Source: Bacteroidales bacterium (lineage in GTDB: Bacteria; Bacteroidota; Bacteroidia; Bacteroidales; VadinHA17). From it: a stretch of 35,516 bases of DNA. This document shows positions 1-8,175 of this stretch, in pieces. Both the position numbers and the translations under genes were made by a program. Under the pieces are notes generated by a model. It made no database searches. It was not told where the DNA came from and saw nothing but the letters and a program-made list of their open reading frames with translations. The stretch covers positions 1-35,516 of the forward strand of contig WFRO01000152.1 in NCBI GenBank assembly GCA_015486475.1, in the 5' to 3' direction. The stretch's first letter is position 1, and every line of letters begins with the position of its first letter.

Positions 1-1467
1 GAAGGGTCCTATTTCAACAATGCGAGGTATGATTATTTCTTTGCCGAAGGGGTCACCGGTATCACTACGCTGATGACCGGCACCAATCCCAACATTCATG
101 GTATCGTGGGGAGCAACTGGTATGAGCCGTTGCATGACACGCGTGCTTACTGCACCGCCGACGCCGATGTCAAAGCCGTCGGCGGTAGCTTTGACAATGG
201 TCAGCACTCCCCGCGTCATCTGCTCACCTCCACCCTGGGTGATGAGATCAGACTGGGTAGCCGCCTGCATGGCAAGTCTTTCTCCGTAGCCCTGGATGCC
301 GATGCGGCCGTGCTCTCCGGCGGTCACCTGGCCAATGCTGCTTACTGGTTTGATAACGAAAGCGGCACCTGGATGAGCAGCACTTTTTACATGGATTCCC
401 TGCCCGGCTGGGTGCAGGCGTTCAATGCCAAAGAGCTGCCGCGCACCTACCTCGAAAAAACATGGGAGCCCCTGCTGCCTGCAGAAGATTATACGGCCAG
501 TCTGCCTGACAGTGCCGACAAGGCGGAAGGATTCCGGGGCCGTACTGTCTTCCCTTATGACCTGAAAAAACTCTCTTCCCTGGGACGCCGCCGGGAAAAC
601 CTGGGTCTTCTCGCAGAGACCCCTTTCGGCAACACCTTCACGGAAGATTTTGTGACCAACCTCATCGTCAATGAGCAACTGGGCAAGGATGACACCTGTG
701 ATTTTCTGGGCATCACCTTCTCGGCCAACCGGAAGATCCTCCAGACTTTCGGTGCCCACTCACAGGAGATGGAAGATGCCCTCCTGCGCCTCGACCGTGA
801 CATCGCCCACCTGCTCTCTTTCCTGGAACGGGAGGTGGGCCGTGAGAACATGCTGGTGGTGCTTACCGGCTCCCACGGCATCTCCAACGATGTAAAACAG
901 ATGACCTCCCTGAAGATGCCCACCGGTTATTTCAATCCTCATCAGGCCATGACCCTCCTGCGCAGCTATCTCAATGTCATCTATGGTGAGGCCAACTGGG
1001 TGAAAGGCTTCCACAACCACCAGATCTACCTCGACCATGTGATGATCGAGGACGCCAACATCAACCTCTATTCCATGCAGGACAGGGTAGCCGATTTCAT
1101 GTTGCAGTTCTCCGGCATCAGCCATGTGATGACCGCTCATGCCCTCCAGGAAGCCGGCAACAGCAGCCCTGTCTTTATGAAAATACAGAACGGCTTCTTC
1201 CCGAAACGCTCCGGCGATGTGTTCGTCGTGCTCAACCCAGGATGGCAGGAGAAAGACGGAGGGACCAACATCACGGGATCAGGGTTCTGGAACGACTCCC
1301 ATGTGCCGTTGATCTGGTACGGGTGGAAGATCCCCCGGAAGACCAGCTTCCACCGTATCGACATGACAGCCGTGGCTTCCACCATCTCCTATTTTCTGAA
1401 AATACCCGCCCCCAACGGCTCCGACGGCCTTCTTATCGATGAGCTGCTGAACACGAAGAATAAGTAA
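1..1467 (+). CDS. Alkaline phosphatase / nucleotide pyrophosphatase-phosphodiesterase family protein (PafA-like), 5'-truncated by window edge
   Basis: Frame 1 is open from nt 1 (EGSYFNNARYDYFFAEGVTGITTL precedes the tracked Met at 73), so the gene starts upstream of the window. TLMTGTNPNIHGIVGSNWY resembles the T-G-x-x-P-x-x-HGI-x-x-N motif of the type I phosphodiesterase/alkaline phosphatase superfamily. Stop TAA at 1465-1467 is followed by a second TAA. Confidence 0.75.
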   Translation, partial: EGSYFNNARYDYFFAEGVTGITTLMTGTNPNIHGIVGSNWYEPLHDTRAYCTADADVKAVGGSFDNGQHSPRHLLTSTLGDEIRLGSRLHGKSFSVALDADAAVLSGGHLANAAYWFDNESGTWMSSTFYMDSLPGWVQAFNAKELPRTYLEKTWEPLLPAEDYTASLPDSADKAEGFRGRTVFPYDLKKLSSLGRRRENLGLLAETPFGNTFTEDFVTNLIVNEQLGKDDTCDFLGITFSANRKILQTFGAHSQEMEDALLRLDRDIAHLLSFLEREVGRENMLVVLTGSHGISNDVKQMTSLKMPTGYFNPHQAMTLLRSYLNVIYGEANWVKGFHNHQIYLDHVMIEDANINLYSMQDRVADFMLQFSGISHVMTAHALQEAGNSSPVFMKIQNGFFPKRSGDVFVVLNPGWQEKDGGTNITGSGFWNDSHVPLIWYGWKIPRKTSFHRIDMTAVASTISYFLKIPAPNGSDGLLIDELLNTKNK

Positions 1468-1483
1468 TAAGGTGCAAGCTTTG

Positions 1484-1574
1484 CCCGACGAAGTCCCGAC
1501 CTGTCGGGACGAAGGCGGGGTGCTGGGTACTAGGTGCTGGGTAGACCACAAACTACGAACTACAAACCACAAAC
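1484..1574. repeat. Degenerate heptanucleotide tandem array (13 units in one 7-nt register)
   Basis: Parses without gaps as CCCGACG AAGTCCC GACCTGT CGGGACG AAGGCGG GGTGCTG GGTACTA GGTGCTG GGTAGAC CACAAAC TACGAAC TACAAAC CACAAAC. Sub-repeats recur at 21, 14 and 7 nt. Contains the inverted repeat GTCCCGAC/GTCGGGAC (1493-1510). Confidence 0.8.
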
Positions 1575-1639
1575 CATTTTGGAACGATTGTTGCTAAAAA
1601 ACTTTTTAAAAATATAATGTGTAAATGTTCAGATATTTA

Positions 1640-1647
1640 TATATTTG
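1640..1647 (+). promoter_or_regulatory. Candidate Bacteroidota -7 promoter box (TATATTTG = TAnnTTTG)
   Basis: Exact match to the TAnnTTTG -7 consensus of Bacteroidota sigma-A promoters, 36 nt upstream of the ATG at 1684. No clear -33 TTTG was seen. Confidence 0.4.
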
Positions 1648-1683
1648 CGAACTTAATTTTTTAACCAATTGATCACTTGTATT

Positions 1684-2664
1684 ATGAAGACACTGAAATT
1701 ACTGGTTCTGTCAACCGTCCTTATCTTTGGCGTAACGGCGGTAACGCTTGCCCAGGATGAAAAAGCCATTATCGACGCGTACAACAACGGCGTGAAACTG
1801 ATCAACAGTGATACGAAAAGCGCTATTGCTTCTTTCGAGAAGTGCGTTTCACTGGCCGAAGATACAGAAGAGCTGAGCGAAAAGGGAGAACAGACCAAAA
1901 AACTGGCTGAAGACCAGATCCCGAAATTATATTATAAGCTGGCCGTAGATTCATACAAAAAGCATGATTTCGAGGGAGCCATCAAATATTTTGAGCAGAC
2001 CGAGAAAGCAGGCAAGAAGTATGGCAACCAGGCCCTGGCCCAGAAAAGCCACCGTCTGATCCCCAAGCTTTACTATGCATGGGGTAAGCAGGAGTTCATC
2101 CAGAAGAACTATCAGGATGCATTGAACATTTTTGACAAGGGGATCGCTACCGAGCCGAATCTGGCCAGCGCTTATCTGGGGAAAGCCCTTGTATATGACA
2201 AACTGAAACAGGAAGACAAGATGACCGAGGCTGCCAACAAGGCCATCGATATCGCCCAGAAGGTGCATGATCAGAAGACGCTGGTGAGCGCGCAGAAATT
2301 CATGCGTAACTATACTTACAACCATGCTGTGATGGCCATCCAGAACAACAAACAGGCCGATGCCGAAAAATATCTGAATGCTTCCATCAAGTATGGCAAC
2401 AACTCACCCGACGTCTATTATGAGCTGGGGAAGATACAGCGGAAAAAAGGAAAATACACGGAAGCCCTCAACTATCTCCAGAAAGCTCTTTCCCTGGATC
2501 AGGGCAATGAGGTGACCAAAGCCAAATATTACTTCGCTTTGGGCAAAGTGTACGAGGACATGAACAAGAAAACGGAAGCCTGTGCCGCCTTCAGGAAAGC
2601 ACTGCATCCTCCCTATGATGAGAGTGCCAAGTATGAGATGGAGCAGGTGCTGAAGTGCAAGTAA
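1684..2664 (+). CDS. Secreted tetratricopeptide-repeat (TPR) protein
   Basis: The tracked ORF begins at a TTG (1669), but ATG at 1684 gives a classic signal peptide MKTLKLLVLSTVLIFGVTAVTLAQ. The body has repeated TPR-like helices (AIKYFEQ..., ALNIFDKGIATEPNLASAYLGKALVY, EALNYLQKALSLDQGN..., EACAAFRKAL). Confidence 0.75.
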   Translation: MKTLKLLVLSTVLIFGVTAVTLAQDEKAIIDAYNNGVKLINSDTKSAIASFEKCVSLAEDTEELSEKGEQTKKLAEDQIPKLYYKLAVDSYKKHDFEGAIKYFEQTEKAGKKYGNQALAQKSHRLIPKLYYAWGKQEFIQKNYQDALNIFDKGIATEPNLASAYLGKALVYDKLKQEDKMTEAANKAIDIAQKVHDQKTLVSAQKFMRNYTYNHAVMAIQNNKQADAEKYLNASIKYGNNSPDVYYELGKIQRKKGKYTEALNYLQKALSLDQGNEVTKAKYYFALGKVYEDMNKKTEACAAFRKALHPPYDESAKYEMEQVLKCK

Positions 2665-2682
2665 GTCCCTGTCAACGAATAT

Positions 2683-2717
2683 AAAAAAAGGGTTGCCGCG
2701 GCAACCCTTTTTCTTTT
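2683..2717. terminator. Bidirectional intrinsic terminator between convergent genes
   Basis: AAAAAAA-GGGTTGCCGCGGCAACCC-TTTTTCTTTT. A perfect 18-nt GC-rich palindrome is flanked by an A-tract and a T-tract. It lies between the stop codons at 2664 (+) and 2728 (-). Confidence 0.8.
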
Positions 2718-2727
2718 CCGGGGCCCC

Positions 2728-3462
2728 TCAGAAACTTTCTGCCACCCTTTTCATCTCTTTGACCAGGGACGCCTTTTTCTCTATGGCGTTACCCACGACG
2801 ATCATGTCCGCCCCGGCACGATACAGTTTTTCTGCAGCAGCCGGGCTGGTGATCCCTCCGCCCACAATGAGGGGCACGGTGAGGATCTCCCTGACGGACC
2901 TGACCAGACCGGGGTCCGGCGGCTCCGGAGCACCGCTTCCCTTCTCAAGATAGATCAGGCGGTTGCCCATGTATTCGCCGGCCAGGGCTGTAGCCAGAAC
3001 AATGTCTTTCTTTCTTTCAGGGAGCGGATGGGTATTGCTGATCACCTCTACCGAGGTGCCGGCGCCACTGCCCAACAGGATATATCCGGTGGGGATCACC
3101 TCCAGTCCCAGGGAACGGATCATCAGGGCTGCCGTCACCTGGTTGCCTGCAAGATATTCAGGATTCCTTCCCGAAAGAAGGGTCAGCATCAGCAAACCGT
3201 CGGCCTCACCCGAGAGCTGTAACAGACTGCCGGGGAAGAGCACCACCGGCACCGACACAACCTCCTGCAGGGCATGCAGTACAGGCTCCACAGGCCGGGA
3301 AATCAGACTCCCCCCTACCAGCACCAGGTCGGCCGCGTCACCTCCCGCCTCCCCGAAGAAAGCACGGATACTCCCGGGAGTATGGTTCTCCGGATCTATC
3401 AAGAGGGCAAAGATCTTCCCGCCCTGCTGTCTCTTGTCTTCAATATCTTTTAAAATACCCAT
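2728..3462 (-). CDS. Geranylgeranylglyceryl / heptaprenylglyceryl phosphate synthase family protein (PcrB/GGGPS-like)
   Basis: 244 aa. Features seen: ALLIDPENH near the N-terminus, LVLVGGSL, and C-terminal IVGGGITSPAAAEKLYRAGADMIVVGNAIEKK. This is the TIM-barrel prenyl-glycerol-phosphate synthase pattern. Confidence 0.75.
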   Translation of the reverse strand: MGILKDIEDKRQQGGKIFALLIDPENHTPGSIRAFFGEAGGDAADLVLVGGSLISRPVEPVLHALQEVVSVPVVLFPGSLLQLSGEADGLLMLTLLSGRNPEYLAGNQVTAALMIRSLGLEVIPTGYILLGSGAGTSVEVISNTHPLPERKKDIVLATALAGEYMGNRLIYLEKGSGAPEPPDPGLVRSVREILTVPLIVGGGITSPAAAEKLYRAGADMIVVGNAIEKKASLVKEMKRVAESF

Positions 3463-3471
3463 GCTTCCCTT

Positions 3472-4104
3472 TTACTTGCAGCACCAGACCATCACATAAT
3501 CTTTCATCCGCCGGTAATGCAGGTCAAATGCCTCCTTTATCCTGCCGTTATCCACGGTACCACGGATCGTGCCCTCCACGACCGGCTCGAAAGGCTCGAT
3601 CACCATATGTTTTCTGAAATTGAGGGCATTCTTGTCACAGATCTTGTAAAGGGCTTCCTTGGCACACCAGTGGATATAGAGATGATATCTTTTTTTCGAT
3701 TCATCTTCCGTGATCTTTTCGTCAGGATGGATGAAATAACGGGCGATGCGGGAGATGCGGTGCGTCATCTGCTCCATGTCTATCCCTACCTTTTTCTTCC
3801 TGCTCAACAGCACCGACGTAAGTTTTCCGGAATGGGATATGCTGATGTTGTACTGGTTATCCTGTAAATAAGGTTTGTTGGTACGGTCATACACGATCCT
3901 CGCCGAAGGGCCGGCCATCTGTTGCAACAGAACTCTGACACTCAGATACTCCAGCTTGCGGGCAGGATTGCGGAAAGAGGCCAGGCGCTGCTCTTCTGCG
4001 GGATCCAGCAACACTTTTTCATGTAACTGCTCATACTCCTCATCGATCTCCCACACCCCGAGCAGACAATCCTCCTGCGTCTTCTGTATAAATTTCAACG
4101 CCAT
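3472..4104 (-). CDS. 4'-phosphopantetheinyl transferase (Sfp-type)
   Basis: 210 aa. Carries KVGIDME (G-x-D motif) and WCAKEALYK (W/F-x-x-KE-A-x-x-K motif), characteristic of the PPTase superfamily. Confidence 0.75.
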   Translation of the reverse strand: MALKFIQKTQEDCLLGVWEIDEEYEQLHEKVLLDPAEEQRLASFRNPARKLEYLSVRVLLQQMAGPSARIVYDRTNKPYLQDNQYNISISHSGKLTSVLLSRKKKVGIDMEQMTHRISRIARYFIHPDEKITEDESKKRYHLYIHWCAKEALYKICDKNALNFRKHMVIEPFEPVVEGTIRGTVDNGRIKEAFDLHYRRMKDYVMVWCCK

Positions 4105-4142
4105 GCAACATGCTTAAATAATTGTGAAAAATAAGAAAAAAA

Positions 4143-4727
4143 CTATTTCCAGGAAAAGGTTTCGATCATATGGATGATATCCTGCCTGATAAAATTCACC
4201 ACGGGGGCAAGTGAGTCCTTATCCGGCACAAGATCAAAATAGAGGGCCCCCCGCATAAAATGACGGACACTGTCGGTAAGGTAGAACTGCACATTGGAAG
4301 CAGCATTACCCCTGATATCATAAAGTATGCCGTATACTTTCCGCACCGTATCGTTGTAAGCCCTTTCATGGATAGCATCTGCCTTTACCGTATGCTTATA
4401 GGCCAGGGAGTAAGTATCCTCCAGCATCTGCCCCAGATCCCCGTGGACCGTTTTGTAAGTGAGATGGAGCTTCCCGTGGTAAGCAGGGAAAGAGATGTTC
4501 AGCCAGCAGGGAGGCGCATCCGGTTCCCTGTCTTTCTCCACCCGGGCATAAACGGGATATTCAAAAGTATAGGGACAGGGCCCGTTGTACCTGACATATT
4601 TCTTCTCCGGAAAAGAGATCCGGAAATAACCGTGGGGCTTTGGTGTATAACTTCTCTTGCAGGCTCCCGCGGTTAAGCCCAGGATCAGGAGAGGAAGTAT
4701 CAGTCTATTGACCCGGGTGGTGTTCAT
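4143..4727 (-). CDS. gldD: Gliding motility lipoprotein GldD
   Basis: 194 aa. Has a lipoprotein signal (LILGLTAGAC) and PKPHGYFRISFPEKKY typical of GldD. It lies immediately downstream of gldE with an ATGA start/stop overlap (4724-4727), matching the gldE-gldD arrangement known from Flavobacterium johnsoniae. Confidence 0.8.
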   Translation of the reverse strand: MNTTRVNRLILPLLILGLTAGACKRSYTPKPHGYFRISFPEKKYVRYNGPCPYTFEYPVYARVEKDREPDAPPCWLNISFPAYHGKLHLTYKTVHGDLGQMLEDTYSLAYKHTVKADAIHERAYNDTVRKVYGILYDIRGNAASNVQFYLTDSVRHFMRGALYFDLVPDKDSLAPVVNFIRQDIIHMIETFSWK

Positions 4728-6085
4728 ACCTGCTTGCCTTTCCCATTTTTCTGATCATTCTTTTCCGGTATCCGGATCACCTCGATCTGCCGTATACGCC
4801 TCTTGTCAGCATCCTTTATACGAAAGGTAAAGTTCCGGTACCGCAATGTTTCTCCAGTGTCCGGGATCTTACCGCGCAACTCCAGGATCAGCCCCGCCAG
4901 GGTTTCCGCCTCGCCACGGACCTCATCAAAATAATCATCCTCCATCCCGAACACCTTATAAAAATCATTCAGGAGGATCTTCCCTTCGAAGAGATACCGG
5001 TTCTCCCCTGTCTTTCTGTACAGTTCCTCCTCTTCGTCATGTTCGTCGGAGATCTCGCCGACGATCTCCTCGATAATATCCTCGAGGGTCACGATACCGC
5101 TGGTACCGCCATACTCATCCACCACGATGGCAATATGGATCTTGTTGAGCTGGAACTCCTCCAGCAGATCGTTGATCTTCTTGCTCTCCGGCACAAAATA
5201 GGGAGGCCTGATGAGGGTCTGCCATTTGAAGGAGTCCTTTTTATGCAGATGGGGCAGGATGTCCTTGATGTAAAGGATCCCCTTCACATGGTCGAAAGTC
5301 TTGTTGTAAACGGGCACACGGGAGTAGCCTTCCCGGATGATCTCATCCACCAGTTTCCGGAAAGAAATGCGTATGTCCACGGCAAAGACATCCACCCGGG
5401 GGGTCATGACCTCCTGCACATCGAGGTTGCCGAACTTGGTAATGCCTTTCAGAATCCGCTCATCTTCGATCGCTCCTTCGGTGGAGAGCTCCAGGGCATC
5501 CGAGAGCTCGTCGATGGAAATGTTCTGAGTTTTTTTGGCCAGTCTTTTTTTGATGATGGAAGTGGATTTCACCAGCATAATGACGAGGGGATAGAACACC
5601 ACAGAGGTTACCTGCAGGGGATAAGCCATCAGGCGTGCCCAGGGGATACGCCGTTGTGTGGCATAGATCTTGGGCATGATCTCCCCGAAGAGCAGCAGGA
5701 GAAAGGTGATCCCCACCACCTGTACCAGGATGCCCAGGGTGCGGGCCCTGGAAAAATCCACTATCCGGTTGGTCAGAAAAGTGGAAAGGATCACAATGGC
5801 TATGTTGACAAAGTTATTGCCCACCAGGATCGTCCCCAGCAGCAACTCGGGGTTGTGATACAGGCGCAACAACAGCTTGTCATTCTTGTGCTTCGAGCGT
5901 TTCAGTCCGCTTATATCAGAAGGTGAAAGGGAAAAATAAGCCACCTCCGATCCCGACAGGAGCGCCGAGGAGAATAGCAACAGGACCAGCACGATGAGCA
6001 GTACCCCGTCGACCAGGTCAAACCTGGCGACCGAGACCTGTACAGCACCGATGATTATCGCAAGATGAGGGTCTTCTGCTTCCAA
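4724..6085 (-). CDS. gldE: Gliding motility-associated protein GldE (DUF21 + tandem CBS + CorC/HlyC domain)
   Basis: 453 aa. Has an N-terminal multi-TM DUF21-like region, a CBS pair (VMTPRVDVFAVD..., GYSRVPVY..., IAIVVDEYGGTSGIVTLEDIIEEIVGEI) and a C-terminal CorC_HlyC-like domain. Synteny is ssb-gldE-gldD. Confidence 0.8.
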   Translation of the reverse strand: MEAEDPHLAIIIGAVQVSVARFDLVDGVLLIVLVLLLFSSALLSGSEVAYFSLSPSDISGLKRSKHKNDKLLLRLYHNPELLLGTILVGNNFVNIAIVILSTFLTNRIVDFSRARTLGILVQVVGITFLLLLFGEIMPKIYATQRRIPWARLMAYPLQVTSVVFYPLVIMLVKSTSIIKKRLAKKTQNISIDELSDALELSTEGAIEDERILKGITKFGNLDVQEVMTPRVDVFAVDIRISFRKLVDEIIREGYSRVPVYNKTFDHVKGILYIKDILPHLHKKDSFKWQTLIRPPYFVPESKKINDLLEEFQLNKIHIAIVVDEYGGTSGIVTLEDIIEEIVGEISDEHDEEEELYRKTGENRYLFEGKILLNDFYKVFGMEDDYFDEVRGEAETLAGLILELRGKIPDTGETLRYRNFTFRIKDADKRRIRQIEVIRIPEKNDQKNGKGKQV

Positions 6086-6116
6086 AACCGGAAAATTTAT
6101 GACAGGATATCATACA

Positions 6117-6560
6117 TTAAAAGGGGAGATCATCTTCACCCTGTGCGGCAGATCCGTTGTTCTCCTCAGGCAGTTTCTCTGAGGGATCTGCAGGAGATCC
6201 TGAGGCTGCAGCCGCCGGCGGCTGTGAGGAATCCCCTTTTCTGGTCAGCATCTGCATATTGTCGGCAACGATCTCCGTAATATATCTTTTGTTGCCATCC
6301 CGGTCATCATAAGAACGGGATCTGATCTTCCCCTCTATATAAAGCAGATGTCCTTTTTTCACATAATTCTCCGCCACTTTGGCCAGGCCTCTCCAGAGGA
6401 CGATGTTATGCCATTCGGTCTGGGTCACCCGCTCGCCTTCTTTCGAACGGTACGTCTCGCTCGTAGCCAGCGGGAAATGAGCTACCGCCACATCGTTGTC
6501 AATATACCTCACCTCCGGGTCCTTCCCTACATTCCCTATCAGTATCACTTTGTTCACCAT
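6117..6560 (-). CDS. ssb: Single-stranded DNA-binding protein
   Basis: MVNKVILIGNVGKDPEVRY... OB fold, a Gly/Pro/Ala-rich linker and the canonical acidic tail ending DDLPF. Confidence 0.95.
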   Translation of the reverse strand: MVNKVILIGNVGKDPEVRYIDNDVAVAHFPLATSETYRSKEGERVTQTEWHNIVLWRGLAKVAENYVKKGHLLYIEGKIRSRSYDDRDGNKRYITEIVADNMQMLTRKGDSSQPPAAAASGSPADPSEKLPEENNGSAAQGEDDLPF

Positions 6561-6634
6561 AGTTTCTGTTCCTTGTTTTTCCTTTATTAAAAAAGTAAAA
6601 ATAATAAAAAAATGAATATGACAGAAGATAGTTT

Positions 6635-7723
6635 TTATGACCCGAACCTTTGCGGATGGGACTCCATGTATGCTGTAATAAGGCGGGAAAAAGCCAGCCC
6701 GTCCATTTTATCCAGCGGGATCTTCGCCCACTCTTTTTTCAATGCTTCGGGCCATTCCCTCAGATGCACATGGTAGAAACGGGCCAGGATGGTGCGGTGA
6801 GTGAGCTGATGACGGATGACCGGCGAGATCACCGGCGCTTCCTCTCCCGTGATGCCAGGTATCTCTTTTTCAAAGAGCCGTAACACCTTTTCCGGGGAGA
6901 TCTCCTTTTGCATTTCCAGGGCAGGGAACTCCCAGAGCAACTGCCATATATCCCTGCGGTCGCGCCGGGTGACCAGGATCTCTTTGTCACAGGTGACCAC
7001 CAGGTAATGAAAATACCTTTTCTCCACTTTCGGCGGGGCGGAGGCTATGGGAAGCTGCCGTGTCCATCCTTCTTTGTATGCCAGACAGTAGCCCCGTACG
7101 GGACAATCATCACACAAAGGATCACCTGGAGTACATACGAGCGCCCCCAGTTCCATCAGTGCCTGGTTGAAATCGCCCGGCGCATCTGCAGGGATAAGCT
7201 GCCGTGTGAGGCGTGTCACCTCCCTGTCGCCGGCACTCCCCCGGGGCAGACGGATGGCAAAAAGCCGTGCGATGACCCTGAAGACATTGCCGTCAAGCAC
7301 CGGCACCGCCTCACCGTAAGCGATGGAGGCAATGGCAGCAGCCGTATAGGGGCCGATCCCTTTCAGGCGCCGGAGGCCGGCTGCATCTTCCGGGAAATGT
7401 CCTCCCAGATCATGCACAACGGTCCGGGCAGCAGCATGCATGTTCCGTGCCCGGGAATAGTAGCCCAGCCCTTCCCATACCTTCATTACCTCATCCACAG
7501 ATGCTGCCGCCAACGCCTCTACAGTAGGGAAACGTTCCAGGAAACGATGGTAATAGGCCGTGCCCTGCACCACACGTGTCTGCTGCAAAATGATCTCAGA
7601 GACCCATACACGGTACGGATCATTCGTTCCGCGCCAGGGGAGGTCCCGCCGCGACCGGCCATACCAGGCCAGAAGAGCGGATGATATTTCAGGATCTGTA
7701 TCCGTCGCTTTATGCTTCATCAA
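6635..7723 (-). CDS. mutY: A/G-specific adenine DNA glycosylase MutY
   Basis: 362 aa. Shows WYGRSRRDLPWR, VSEIILQQTRV, the HhH-GPD motif LKGIGPYTAAAIASIAYG, a 4Fe-4S cluster loop (CTPGDPLCDDCPVRGYC) and a C-terminal NUDIX-like domain. Confidence 0.93.
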   Translation of the reverse strand: MMKHKATDTDPEISSALLAWYGRSRRDLPWRGTNDPYRVWVSEIILQQTRVVQGTAYYHRFLERFPTVEALAAASVDEVMKVWEGLGYYSRARNMHAAARTVVHDLGGHFPEDAAGLRRLKGIGPYTAAAIASIAYGEAVPVLDGNVFRVIARLFAIRLPRGSAGDREVTRLTRQLIPADAPGDFNQALMELGALVCTPGDPLCDDCPVRGYCLAYKEGWTRQLPIASAPPKVEKRYFHYLVVTCDKEILVTRRDRRDIWQLLWEFPALEMQKEISPEKVLRLFEKEIPGITGEEAPVISPVIRHQLTHRTILARFYHVHLREWPEALKKEWAKIPLDKMDGLAFSRLITAYMESHPQRFGS

Positions 7724-7810
7724 TTCATTCTCAAAGAAATAAACAATATTTTATAACAGGAATAATCAAATAATTTTATGCAGTATAACGGATATAAAAA
7801 TAAATCTTTT

Positions 7811-7818
7811 TATATTTG
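7811..7818 (+). promoter_or_regulatory. Candidate Bacteroidota -7 promoter box (TATATTTG)
   Basis: Exact TAnnTTTG match in the AT-rich divergent mutY/HU spacer, 54 nt upstream of the HU ATG. Confidence 0.45.
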
Positions 7819-7872
7819 CACACCCAAAGTGAAAAATTTAAGCTAATTTATTGATAACTAAAGATTTTTAAA

Positions 7873-8157
7873 ATGACTAAAGCAGACATTGTAAACGAGA
7901 TCTCCAAGAACACAGGGATTGAGAAAGTAACGGTACAGAAAACTGTTGAAGCTTTCATGGAAGCTGTAAAAGACTCTCTTGCAAGTAATAACAATGTTTA
8001 TCTGAGGGGTTTTGGCAGCTTTATCGTTAAGAAAAGAGCCCAGAAGACCGCCCGGAACATTTCCAAGAACACCACGATCATTATTCCGGAGCATTTCATC
8101 CCGGCTTTCAAACCGGCCAAAACTTTTATCAACAAGGTAAAAGGGAACGTAAAATAA
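7873..8157 (+). CDS. hup: HU family DNA-binding protein
   Basis: 94 aa. MTKADIVNEISKNTGIEKVTVQKTVEAFMEAVKDSL...LRGFGSFIVKKRAQKTARNISKNTTIIIPEHFIPAFKPAK is a typical HU/IHF fold including the beta-arm R-N-x-x-x-N motif region. Confidence 0.93.
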   Translation: MTKADIVNEISKNTGIEKVTVQKTVEAFMEAVKDSLASNNNVYLRGFGSFIVKKRAQKTARNISKNTTIIIPEHFIPAFKPAKTFINKVKGNVK

Positions 8158-8175
8158 GTCATAAAAGATATTGAA

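Noticed and set aside
1669-1683. Tracked TTG start (MITCIM…) for the TPR protein, and the internal Met starts at 73 and 35483 for the edge genes.
   Set aside because: ATG at 1684 gives a proper signal peptide. The reading frames of the phosphatase and EF-G remain open to the window edges, with family-typical sequence, so the tracked Met codons are internal.
4143-7723. The mutY-ssb-gldE-gldD arrangement as a possible novel cluster.
   Set aside because: The gldD/gldE pairing is an arrangement already described for Flavobacterium johnsoniae, and as I recall it lies next to ssb and mutY there as well. The cluster is conserved synteny rather than a new system.
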